64,000 bases of DNA, taken from contig NC_068994.1 of NCBI RefSeq assembly GCF_001194135.2, positions 12,776,707 through 12,840,706 of the forward strand, given 5' to 3'. The notes beneath the pieces were generated by a model that worked only from the letters and a program-made list of their open reading frames with translations, did not search any database and was not told the DNA's origin. This DNA is from Octopus bimaculoides (taxonomy: Eukaryota). Positions 25,481 to 36,621 of the stretch are shown here, piece after piece (positions within the stretch are counted from its first letter, which is position 1; every line of letters starts with the position of its first letter). The position numbers and the translations under genes were made by a program.

Positions 25481-26525
25481 ATTTCACGTAAACAAAAACC
25501 GGAAATCGAGGGTGTAAAAAAAGAATATTATTTTCCAAAATTTCAATTTTTAAGTAAACGTAATATATTCAATCGAAAAACTGTCAAAACATCTATATCT
25601 CCCGCAGTGGTATGTTCCGTGTGTTTCAATTATTTTCCTCGTTTTTAGAATAATTTGAAGTTTGAAAATGAAGATAAATCAACCTTAACATCAATAATAG
25701 TATAACAGAACACAAGACTCTTTACTACTCAATGTACATATTGACTGAATTCTAACAAAAGGGAAAGCATTTACTTCCAAGAAATGTATAGAAACACATG
25801 TTTTTTGTTCACAAAACCCAGAATTTGTCATTTTTATGGAGAACACCCATCTCTCTCTATCTAGGCGAACGATAAGAAGTACGTTTGAATGACTAGCCTT
25901 CTGTTAGACCATCAATGGCCAGAGAAAGTTCAAGAGGTTAACTTATTCTCATTAATCTGTAAGTGCTGAGAGAAGAAAATAAAAGACTTAGAATAAATAT
26001 TTTAAAATGCTGATTTTTCTGCAACCAAAGATTCTTGAAGCTGGTGCCCAGTATGGCTGCAGTCCAATGGGTGAAACAAGTAAAAAGATTTTTAAAAAAT
26101 AAAAAAAACTGAGGGAGTAATAAAAAATTTTCAAGAGATTTGGCTGTTGTTCCTAGCATGCGGAGATACCTTCTTCGCTTAACTTCGTGCGCTGGTTGAA
26201 AAATCATAAAAAAAATTCTGGGGGTTGTTACATTTGACTAAAAATTCTTTAAGGTGGTGCTCCAGCATGGCCACAGTCTAATGACTGAAACAAGTGAAAG
26301 GTGAAAAAAAATGAAAAAATATAACTGGGGCCTTTGTCCACTTTCACACTTAAACAATGGGGGTTTTGTCCGATGGGGTTTTGTCCTACACTCGTATGTA
26401 TGTATGTATGTATGTATGTATGTATGTATGTATGTGTGTTTGTGTTTGCCTGCATGCATGCATATGTAAGCATGTGTATGTATGTGTGAATGCATGCATG
26501 TCTATGTGTGTGTGCATGCATGTGA

Positions 26526-26685
26526 GGGCGCGTGGCTTAGTGGTTAGGGCATTCGGCTCACGATCGTAAGGTCGTGAGTTCAATTCCCGGTGACGCGTTG
26601 TGTCCTTGAGCAAGACACTTTATTTCACATTGCTCCAGTCCACTCAGCTGGCAAAAATGAGTAGTACCTGTATTTCAAAGGGCCA
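26526..26685 (+). mobile_element. tRNA-derived SINE 5' portion
   Basis: A box TGGCTTAGTGG, B box GTTCAATTCC, then gtgtccttgagcaagacactt; relatives at 39640-39960, 40700-40980 and 45020-45300(-). Confidence 0.8.
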
Positions 26686-26931
26686 ACCACCTGCACTATT
26701 CAGGGCTGGATGCACCTTTAATTTAGATGTAGGTTTAGCTATGAGCAGATTCTTGTTGTAGAGGAGCTACATAGCTACTCGCATTTAGCAANNNNNNNNN
26801 NNNNNNNNNNNNNNNNNNNNNNNNNNNNNNNNNNNNNNNNNNNNNNNNNNNNNNNNNNNNNNNNNNNNNNNNNNNNNNNNNNNNNNNNNNNNNNNNNNNN
26901 NNNNNNNNNNNNNNNNCATGTGTGTGTGTGT

Positions 26932-27143
26932 GAAGGGGTGCTGAAAAGTTCCTGGTTTTAATGTTTTCACAAAAACCCTGGTTGGAGGTTCAACCTTCTA
27001 AGTTCTTCTACAGGGCTTAGAATAAACTGAAGGACTACTGTAATAAGTGTATGAATCTGGGAGGAGAATATGTTGAATAAAATCATTATTAACTGATTCT
27101 TCTGTATTTTCTTTTACCCAAAGCCAGGAACTTAATCACCCAC
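26932..27143 (+). mobile_element. Internally deleted mariner element
   Basis: TIR-like ggggtgctgaaaagttcctgg / ccaggaactt; encodes mariner C-terminal relic NKLKDYCNKCMNLGGEYVE*. Confidence 0.75.
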
Positions 27144-27144
27144 T

Positions 27145-27194
<50 letters not shown>

Positions 27195-28084
27195 TGCACT
27201 TATCATTTAATATCCATTTTCCATGTTGACATGGGCTGGATTTTCACTTTCCATCCACTCACAATATCTCTTGAAGATAAGTTGTTCTATGCCATTTTAT
27301 TTTTGTTACATGGTTCTATGTCAGTATCATATAGTGTACAGTAATTGGTATTTTCAGTAACTTCATTTTAGAGATTCTACTAATTACAAATGAGGAGTAG
27401 ATCTTTTGTTTCGTATTAACGATGTATGCAAGTGTTTTGTTATGCATTAACAATGTCTGTGGAAGCAGAGAAATATTCCCAGAAGACCTGCATGAATGTT
27501 TTTTTTTAACAGACAGAAATGTAGGTTTGCTTATTACTAGTTATAGTTCATGAAGAACTTTAGTTCAGCGAATTAACCCTAGTGCTTATTTTTATAAAGT
27601 CTGGTACTTATTCTATTGGTTTCTTTAACTGAATTGCTAAGTTACGATGACATAAACTCAACAACACCAATTGTCAAGTGGTGGTGATGAGACACACACA
27701 CATGTATATATGACAGGCTTCTTTCAGTTTTCATTTGCCAAACCCACTCAGAAGGCTTTGGTCAGCCCAAAACTGAAGTAGAAGACACTTGTCCAAAGTG
27801 CCATGCATGTGGGACTGAAACCCAGAACCATGTGGCTAAGAAGCAAACTTCTTACCAGACAGCCACATCTGCACCTATAATCTATTCATAATTTGTTTTC
27901 AAATCTAATAATTTTTTTTTTTTTTTTTTGTCTTTCTACTATAAACATAAGGCCTGAAATTTTCAAGGGAGTTGGGGTTTGTCAATTATATCAACCCCAA
28001 TGCTCAACTGATACTATTTTATTGATCCCGCCCCCCCCCAATGATAAAAGGCAAAGTTGACCTTGGGAAAATTTAACTCAGAAC

Positions 28085-28359
28085 CAGGGCTGTAGAGTCG
28101 AAGTTGGAATCGGAAACAAGGGGTAGCTGGAGTCAGAGTCGGTAAAACTATACCGACTCTGATTCCGACTCACAATGTGTTTATTCTTTAATATAAAACC
28201 AGTTATAACATCTAGGCCTACTCAAAGTACAAGTGTATGCACATGCTTTATGAGATATGTAGACCACAGTCACTTAATTACATAAAGAGGAGTCGGAGTC
28301 AGAGATGTCAATAGTAGAGGAGTCGGAGTCGAAGTTTTTGTTTTGACTCCACAGCACTG
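28085..28359. mobile_element. hAT-type MITE with 8-bp TSD
   Basis: TSD CTCAGAAC at 28077-28084 and 28360-28367; TIRs cagggctgtagagtc / gactccacagcactg; GGAGTC subterminal repeats. Confidence 0.88.
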
Positions 28360-28743
28360 CTCAGAACATAATGTTGGAAGAAAAGCTGCAAAGCGTTTTG
28401 TCCAGTGTGCAAATGAGTCTGATAGCCTGTTGTCTTTAGGTTTGTTTTCAAATCTAATAATACAAACTCAGATACAAAATCAGGTTGAAATTGTATTAGA
28501 AATAGCCTAAAGTTTGTATATTGATATATGATTAACACTTATGTCAGAATAAGAGTTGAGCTTAGCAAGCGTGAACACCCCATGCCAGCCACCACCATAT
28601 GTTACCTCTTTCTACATAGAGTAGTAACAGGTGGGAATGAAGGAAGTTGCTTAAGATAACAGTTTAATCTTTTAACGAAAAACATATTTGTATTAAGTTT
28701 ATTGATTTTTGTACTTGTACATTTTTTTTATGGCAGTGGTCTG

Positions 28744-28782
<39 letters not shown>

Positions 28783-29460
28783 AGATCAATATCAAATGTT
28801 GAAAAAGAGTAAAAATTAAATTGACAAGTTATTTGTCATTTTTAGAAAAATAAGTAAAAATTTCAAAGGAGAGAGAGTCTCTAATAGTTACAGAGTAAAG
28901 TTACACTTGTTAAGTAGCAAAAGTAGTAGATGTTGTTGTCATTTGTCCATCTACCCTGATCCACCCTGATTGAACAGACTTCTAATTGCAACTTAGATAT
29001 TTTTTTAAAATCTTAGAAATTTTCACTTGTAAAACCTACTTCACGCTAACATTACATGGGATCAAAATATATTCAGGAAAGAGGGGAATATGTCTTCTCA
29101 AACTTGAGACCTGCCCTGAATGCTTAGAACTGAGGGCACTTCGCTAAAAAGTGTCTAAGAACCAAATGGTGGTGTTAAACTGGGCCATAGGTGAAGTGTA
29201 TCACCCAAGTAGGCTGCAGTGGGAATAGAATCCGGATTGTAAAAAGCCAAAACAAATCTGTAAGGCATTGTGTCCAACTCTATTGATTCTTCCTGCTCAT
29301 TGCCAACACTAATGAGTCTACCTATCTAATGCTGAAATCTGACAACTTGACCTGTCTGTTGCTGAGGGTCTGATAATTCTCCCTATCCATTGCTGACACC
29401 CTAACAATTTTACCTGTTCATTACCAACACTGACAGTTCTACCTTTCCACCACTGATGCT

Positions 29461-29690
29461 TTAGCCCTTTCATTACCGTATTTCTTTTAAGATGTTCTGT
29501 GTTTCTTTCAATTAATTTTAAATATAACAAAGAATTTAGTAAAATAACTTAGTTATCATTAAGCTAGTGTTAGGAACATAAATTGTGATTAAGGTTTGGT
29601 GGGAGATTTTAATTCAGAACTTATGAAAACAAGACATTTGTACTACAGAACCAGAGACAGTTTCAGCCGGGTTGGTATTGAAAGGGTTAA
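29461..29690. mobile_element. TTAA-type MITE inserted in a ~30-bp minisatellite
   Basis: ttagccctttc...gaaagggttaa; the same family occurs in reverse orientation as a tandem pair at 41190-41653. Confidence 0.75.
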
Positions 29691-30039
29691 TGAGTCTGCC
29701 TGTCCACTACTAACACTTCTACTGTCCATAACTGGACAACAATTCTACTATTCATAACTGAGAATCTGATGATTCTACCTATCCACCTCCCTAGAATGGT
29801 GTTTTGTTTATTGACCCTGCAAGGAGGAAAGGCAAAAACAATCTCAGCAGCTGGAATAAAAACTATAATGCCCTGACAACTCTGCCAATTAGGAATTACA
29901 GAGGATCGAAATCCATTGAAAGTATATAGGTCATATGTGAAAAGTGCATGGTCAAGTGAAAAAAGCGTTGGACTCACAATCATGAGGTAGTGAGTTCAAT
30001 TCCTGGACCGGGCTGTATTTTATGTTCTTGAGCAAGATG

Positions 30040-30900
30040 GCTGGGACTAAAGCTGGCTTCGGTGAGGCCCTGATTAATTTGGAACAATTGGAAGCTGTCC
30101 TTAAAGTGGCAAGTTTCGGAGGCTGGGTTTTCAGAGGCTGAGTCGCTGCAATGCATAGCAGCACCTGCTCGGTGGTCAAAATAAATGGCCATCTATCGGA
30201 ACTGTTTAGCATCACATGCTCAGTCCATCAGGACTTCCCACTGTCACCTCTTCTGTACATGCTGGCCCTTGAGCCACTGCTGCGGAAGTTGGAACAATTG
30301 AGGGGCATCCCTTTCGAACTGGAACTTGGAAGGGCAGTGTCTGCATACACAGGCGATGTCACTGTCACGGTGTGGGATTCTGGAGATGGTCGGCTCCATT
30401 CTAGAGGAATATGAGGCGGTTGCAGGGGCCAAAATGAATGCTGAGAAGTCAGTGGGCTTGCAACTGGGCACCTGGAGAGGCAGGTTCATGCTGTCAGATG
30501 GTATTGTTGGACGCTGGACTAATGGACCAGTTAAGCTGCTCGGGATCTGGTTCAGTCCCAACCTCCAGGTGGATAAGAGCTGGGACAAGGTGATGAAGGG
30601 GATGGCCAGTCTTACTCAGAAATGGGCTGAGAGGAAGCTGTCCTTGAAAGGTTGGACAGAGGTGGCAAATGTCCACATCGCATCCATTATCATTTATTGC
30701 CTGACTTTCATGCCTTTCCCCAGTTGTTGTTTGATCAAGTCTCTTGTTCTTGTGGAAGGGACGCATTCCAATGGTCAGGTGGTCAGTCTGCTACCAGCTT
30801 CCCCTGAGTGGTGGCTTAGACATGCCATGGCTTTTGACGCAGAGACATGAGCTCAGGTTGCGCCACCTGCAACAATTTCTAGAATGTGAATGTGTGTGGG
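30040..30900 (+). mobile_element. Tx1/L1-clade LINE reverse-transcriptase relic
   Basis: INGHLSELFSI.CSVHQDFPLSPLLY.LALEPL, AYTGDV (YADD-like), AKMNAEKS, VKLLGIWF, LSLKG, FLWKG, GGL.MP; frameshifted. Confidence 0.88.
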
Positions 30901-31094
30901 CTCTGTTTGTGAGAGACATATTTCCGCATTGCAGAATTTCCGATATAGCGGATATATATTTGTTATTGAACGTTGATATGTCCGCATCTCTTTTCTGGAG
31001 GTTTACAATATCAGGATTTTAACCCACATGGATTTACGCAGGATTGCACCGAAGGACTTATTTCTACAAGATCGGAAAGTTGAACTCTTTTACT

Positions 31095-31495
31095 CTTTTA
31101 CTTGTTTCAGTCACTTGACTGTGGCCATGCTGGAGCACCACCTTTAGTCGAGCAAATCGACCCCCAGGACTTATTCTTTGGAAGCCTAGTACTTATTCTA
31201 TCGGTCTCTTTTGCCGAACCGCTAAGTTATGGGGACATAAACACACCAGCATCGGTTGTCAAGCGATATTGGGGGGACAAACACAGACACGCAAACATAT
31301 ACACACACATACATATATATATACACATATACGACGGGCTTCTTTCAGTTTCCATCTACCAAATCCACTCACAAGGCTTTGGTTGGCCCGAGGCTATAGT
31401 AGAAGACACTTGCCCAAGGTGCCACGCAGTGGGACTGAACCCGGAACCATGTGGTTGGTAAGCAAGCTACTTACCACACAGCCACTCCTACGCCT
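31095..31495 (-). mobile_element. Full-length SINE with internal microsatellite
   Basis: Complete and CpG-rich; A and B boxes near 31440-31490 on the minus strand. Confidence 0.9.
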
Positions 31496-31724
31496 ATAAA
31501 ATTTTAGTAAGACTCCCTTAATGCAGGCCCTGAGTAGGATTGAACCCTGCCCAGGATGTTCAATGTGGCTGTCTAATTATGTCTCTACACACAAGACCAC
31601 CAAGACACCCAACTGTGAACTTTTATGCTTCTTTTTTCTTCTCTTTCTTCTTTTCCTTATTCCTTTACTCCTGTCTTCTACATCTTCATTGCATTAATCA
31701 ATACCCTTCTCATTTTCCCTATTT

Positions 31725-31780
31725 GTCTCCGATAATGGAATATCCCATACTCTGGGATATTCCTGAAACGGCTGTAAGAC
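31725..31780 (+). ncRNA. Minimal type I hammerhead-ribozyme-like motif (two core substitutions) in a Penelope-like repeat
   Basis: GTCT-CCGATAA-T-GGAATATCCC-atactct-GGGATATTCC-T-GAAA-CGGCTG-TA-AGAC: stem I 4 bp, stem II 10 bp, GUA triplet. Confidence 0.65.
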
Positions 31781-31869
31781 TTTGAATTTTTTTTCCAATA
31801 ATAGTAATGTATATGACTTGAGATGTTTGCCTTGCCTTAATGTTTGTTGTCCTCTTTAACAATTATGTA

Positions 31870-31919
<50 letters not shown>

Positions 31920-32654
31920 TAGATAGATAGATATTATATAATATAATATGTATACATATTATATACTGTGTCTCCATATATGTAAGTGTGAATATTTGAA
32001 TGTGTGTATACACACACACACACACACACACACATGTAGGTCATATTTATTGTGCTGCCAGTGGAGGAACAAAAATAGGACGCCATTACTGAGAATAAAA
32101 ACTTCAAGTTTGTGACTAACAATTGTGAACAGAGATTAGTTGTGGGCCAATGATTTCACCGGTGTACTATATTTATGAATGATATTATTCTAATGATTAG
32201 GTGACTAAATTAAGATTCAATGGTTGCTCGAGTGGATAGCAAAAGAATGAGTTAACCTGAGTGTCAGGTGTAATGGAAATAGAATAGCTGTTGCAGTAGA
32301 AACAACTGCATTGGCAACAAGGTATATACTAAAATACACTACCATATATATATATATAATTATTTGGACTTTGGGTATATGTTTAGTAGTATGCCAATTA
32401 AAGCACTTACACTATTTAGGCTACCTAATGTCATCCATTGTTATGATATAATTGTCACTAGATCTATGTCAGGAATTCTGCAGTGTTTGTTGAGCTTATA
32501 ATCATCATCATCATCACCATCATCATCATCATCGTTTAACGTCTGCTTTCCATGCTAGCATGGGTTGGACGATTTGACTACACCAGGCTCCAATCTGATT
32601 TGGCAGAGTTTCTACAGCTGGATGCCCTTCCCAATGCCAACCACTCCGAGAGTA

Positions 32655-33042
32655 TAATGAATGAAGGAAATGGAAAATGGAGTTAGCAAGAATCTTTGTT
32701 CAACACAATGATCATTTTGACCCGTCCGGCATCTGTCCCTTATTGGTGAGATATTGCACAGCTACTTGTGTTGCATTTGTCAGTGCAGGCTGCATCTTGC
32801 CATGTGTATTAGCCAACATCCTACGGGCAACACGACAACATGCCAAGCAGAACTCAGTATATGTAGTGAAGTATCTTGTTTAAAACGAGACATGTGACAG
32901 GATGCAGCCTGCACTGATGGATGCAACACAGCTAGCAGTGCACAGATCCCCCACCTGTAAGCGACAGATGCAGGATGAGTTGAAACAATTGTTGTGTTGA
33001 ATAAAGATGCTTGCTAACTCCATTTTCTGATTCCCTCATTTA
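32655..33042. mobile_element. Fold-back MITE, nearly fully palindromic
   Basis: gaaaatggagttagcaagaatctttgttcaacacaa versus ttgtgttgaataaagatgcttgctaactccattttc; inner arms cagtgcaggctgcatc / gatgcagcctgcactg. Confidence 0.8.
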
Positions 33043-33044
33043 TT

Positions 33045-33098
<54 letters not shown>

Positions 33099-34299
33099 NN
33101 NNNNNNNNNNNNNNNNNNNNNNNNNNNNNNNNNNNNNNNNNNNNNNNNNNNNNNNNNNNNNNNNNNNNNNNNNNNNNNNNNNNNNNNNNNNNNNNNNNNN
33201 NNNNNNNNNNNNNNNNNNNNNNNNNNNNNNNNNNNNNNNNNNNNNNNNNNNNNNNNNNNNNNNNNNNNNNNNNNNNNNNNNNNNNNNNNNNNNNNNNNNN
33301 NNNNNNNNNNNNNNNNNNNNNNNNNNNNNNNNNNNNNNNNNNNNNNNNNNNNNNNNNNNNNNNNNNNNNNNNNNNNNNNNNNNNNNNNNNNNNNNNNNNN
33401 NNNNNNNNNNNNNNNNNNNNNNNNNNNNNNNNNNNNNNNNNNNNNNNNNNNNNNNNNNNNNNNNNNNNNNNNNNNNNNNNNNNNNNNNNNNNNGTAAGGA
33501 CTTTTGAGCGAGATCGTTAGTGGCCCTGGACTGGCTCTTGTGCGGGTGGCACGTAAAATACACCATTTTGAGCATGGCCATTGCCAGTATCGCCTGACTG
33601 GCCTTCGTGCGGGTGACACGTAAAAGCACCTACTACACTCTCGGAGTGGTTGGCATTAGGAAGGGCATCCAGCTGTAGAAACTCTGCCAAATCAGATTAG
33701 AGCCTGGTGTAGCCTTCGGGTTCCACCAGTCCTCAGTCAAATCGTCCAACCCATGCTAGCATGGAAAGCGGACATTAAACGATGATGATGATGATGATAT
33801 ATATATGCACCTTTATGATGGACTTGCATACTTTCCACCTATCAGATTTATACTCACAAGGCATCAGTCAGCTGGGGCTGTGGAAGAAGACACTTGCCTA
33901 TGGTGCTGCACAGTGGGGCTGAACCCAAAATCATGTGATTGCTAGGTGTATTTCTTAACCATTAAGCCATGCCTGTGCTTCTAAAAACTATACAAAAATT
34001 TAATCATAAAGTAGAAACGGTATGTATAATGTAGCAGCCAAGTAATTTTAATTAATCAAATAAATTAATTTAAACAATTAAAATTTTTTGGTGAGTTGAG
34101 AAAATTGTTAGCACTACAGACAAAATGCTTTCCAGCATTTCTTCCAGCTCTATATGTTCTCATTTCAAATTGCACCGAGGTCAGCTTTGCCTTTCATCGT
34201 TTTGGGGTCGATAAAATAAAGTACTGATGTTACTGACTACCCGCCATTCCCCAAAATTTCAGGCCTTGTGGCTGTAATAGAAAGAATTGTTGAGGATAG

Positions 34300-34743
34300 C
34301 TTCCTCTCAGACCATTTCTGGGTGAGACTGGCTACCCTGCTTGTCACCTCACTCTAGTTCTTCTCCAGTTGGAGGTCTGGTCTGAACCAGACCCCGAGCA
34401 ATTTTATGGGCCCGACCATCCAGCATTCTACAATGCTTGGATCTGCCTCTCCAGGTGCCTAGCTGCAGGCCCACCAACTTTTCTGGATTAATCTTTACTC
34501 CTTTTACTTCCTTGTATTCTTTCACAAGAGTGCTGTGCTGACCAGGTCTATGTGCTTGTTGTCTGACACTATGACGGTGACATCGTCTGCGTATGCCAAC
34601 ACAACTCTCCCACATCCTAAATCATGCAAGATGCCTCTCAATGTCTCCTGTTTCCAAAGTAATGGCTCAAGAGTCAGTAGATACAGAAGGGATGAGAGTG
34701 GACACACTTGACAGACTGAACGTATGATGTTGAATGGTTCCAA
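34300..34743 (-). mobile_element. Second Tx1/L1-clade RT relic
   Basis: RSVCQVCPLSSLLYLLTLEPL..AYADDVTV..KINPEKLVGLQLGTWRGR. Confidence 0.88.
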
Positions 34744-35233
34744 TTGATGACCAATTAATAATAATAATAATAATAATCGTTTATGTAGGACTGAAGTAAC
34801 TCAACAGAAGTTTTTATAGATATAGAGAGAAGAGTTCTTTACTTGTATACGATTGACACAATCCATCACTAAGATAAACATAGCAGACATAATCCGTCAC
34901 CAATGCAAACTTAATGACGAAAAGTGCGACTCGAAAGCAACAGTTGTTTATTTGTAGTTGAACTATATTTCGGCATCTTGTGTACCTTCCACAAGTTCAA
35001 AATAAACATGTCAGTTTAATTCATTTTTCTAGTTTATGTAGGACTGAAGTAACTCAACAGAAGTTTTTATAGATATAGAGAGGAGAGTTCTTTACTTGGA
35101 TACGATTAAGTAAAGAACTCTTCTCTTAATAATAATAATAATAATATTGATAATGATAATAATAATTTTTATTTTTTATTTAAATTTTTCAGATCTATGT
35201 CCTGTTGATTGCTCAACTTTTGTGTTTTGAATT

Positions 35234-35373
35234 ATGGGAGCAGCTGGGAGTAGCTTCAGTGATCTTCCCACCAATGAATACTTGAAACAGTTGTCAGGAA
35301 ATAAGTCTCTGTCATCAATTGACCCCTTCTGGAACCAGTTGTTATCTTTTTCTTTCCTCTCCCCATCATCCAG
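35234..35373 (+). CDS. DYM: Dymeclin first coding exon (MGAAGSSFSDLPTNEYLKQLSGNKSLSSIDPFWNQLLSFSFLSPSS)
   Basis: ATG 35234; upstream acceptor ag at 35191-35192; donor gtaaag at 35374. Resembles human DYM N-terminus (DLPKNEYLKKLSG...DPFWNQLLSFSF) with an MG myristoylation-type start. Confidence 0.96.
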
Positions 35374-36474
35374 GTAAAGTATAAAACTATATTTGCCTTT
35401 GTTGCTGGTGCAAGTGTTATGGCTGTGTGGTTATGGGGTGCCAAACACAGACAAACACATTAACATTATACACAGATACATACACAGATCATATATACAT
35501 TTCTATTCTGTATAAGTCAAACATTTTTTGTAGGTAAACATACATTTTTTGTATTTCATGTATTTAATATACTTTATATATCGACCTGTCTAATTTGCTT
35601 ATCTCTATATTTACGTTTATACCCACTCAAGTTTAAATCTTTTGAGCACTACAAACTGTATTCTATATGGAAAACATCTGATTCTCATCCAATCACTATT
35701 TATATATATATATATATATATATATNNNNNNNNNNNNNNNNNNNNNNNNNNNNNNNNNNNNNNNNNNNNNNNNNNNNNNNNNNNNNNNNNNNNNNNNNNN
35801 NNNNNNNNNNNNNNNNNNNNNNNNNNNNNNNNNNNNNNNNNNNNNNNNNNNNNNNNNNNNNNNNNNNNNNNNNNNNNNNNNNNNNNNNNNNNNNNNNNNN
35901 NNNNNNNNNNNNNNNNNNNNNNNNNNNNNNNNNNNNNNNNNNNNNNNNNNNNNNNNNNNNNNNNNNNNNNNNNNNNNNNNNNNNNNNNNNNNNNNNNNNN
36001 NNNNNNNNNNNNNNNNNNNNNNNNNNNNNNNNNNNNNNNNNNNNNNNNNNNNNNNNNNNNNNNNNNNNNNNNNNNNNNNNNNNNNNNNNNNNNNNNNNNN
36101 NNNNNNNNNNNNNNNNNNNNNNNNNNNNNNNNNNNNNNNNNNNNNNNNNNNNNNNNNNNNNNNNNNNNNNNNNNNNNNNNNNNNNNNNNNNNNNNNNNNN
36201 NNNNNNNNNNNNNNNNNNNNNNNNNNNNNNNNNNNNNNNNNNNNNNNNNNNNNNNNNNNNNNNNNNNNNNNNNNNNNNNNNNNNNNNNNNNNNNNNNNNN
36301 NNNNNNNNNNNNNNNNNNNNNTGCAACTAAGAGATGTCAACCAATTCAACCAAACAAGCAAACCTTTATAATTCAGTATGTTTTTTTTTGTTTTTTTTTT
36401 TACCTTGTCTTGTTCATGTCTTTCTTTGAAGATAGCTTCCTGTATTTATTTTATATTTGTTTTTATTATTTTAG

Positions 36475-36621
36475 TGCAGATGCCAGGCTCTTGGAGGAAT
36501 CTACTTCATCAATATGTAAAAATTTAGCCATCAACAACTTCCAGACTGGCAATTTTGGTGCTTTGGTTCGTAACTTTATTGTCAGGGCTACAGAACTGAA
36601 AGCTTCTACACAATGTGAAGA
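36475..36621 (+). CDS. DYM: Dymeclin exon (ADARLLEESTSSICKNLAINNFQTGNFGALVRNFIVRATELKASTQCE)
   Basis: 147 nt, ttag acceptor and gtaagt donor, phase-compatible; resembles DYM LLEEATISVCRSL..NN..TGNLGAL. Confidence 0.95.
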
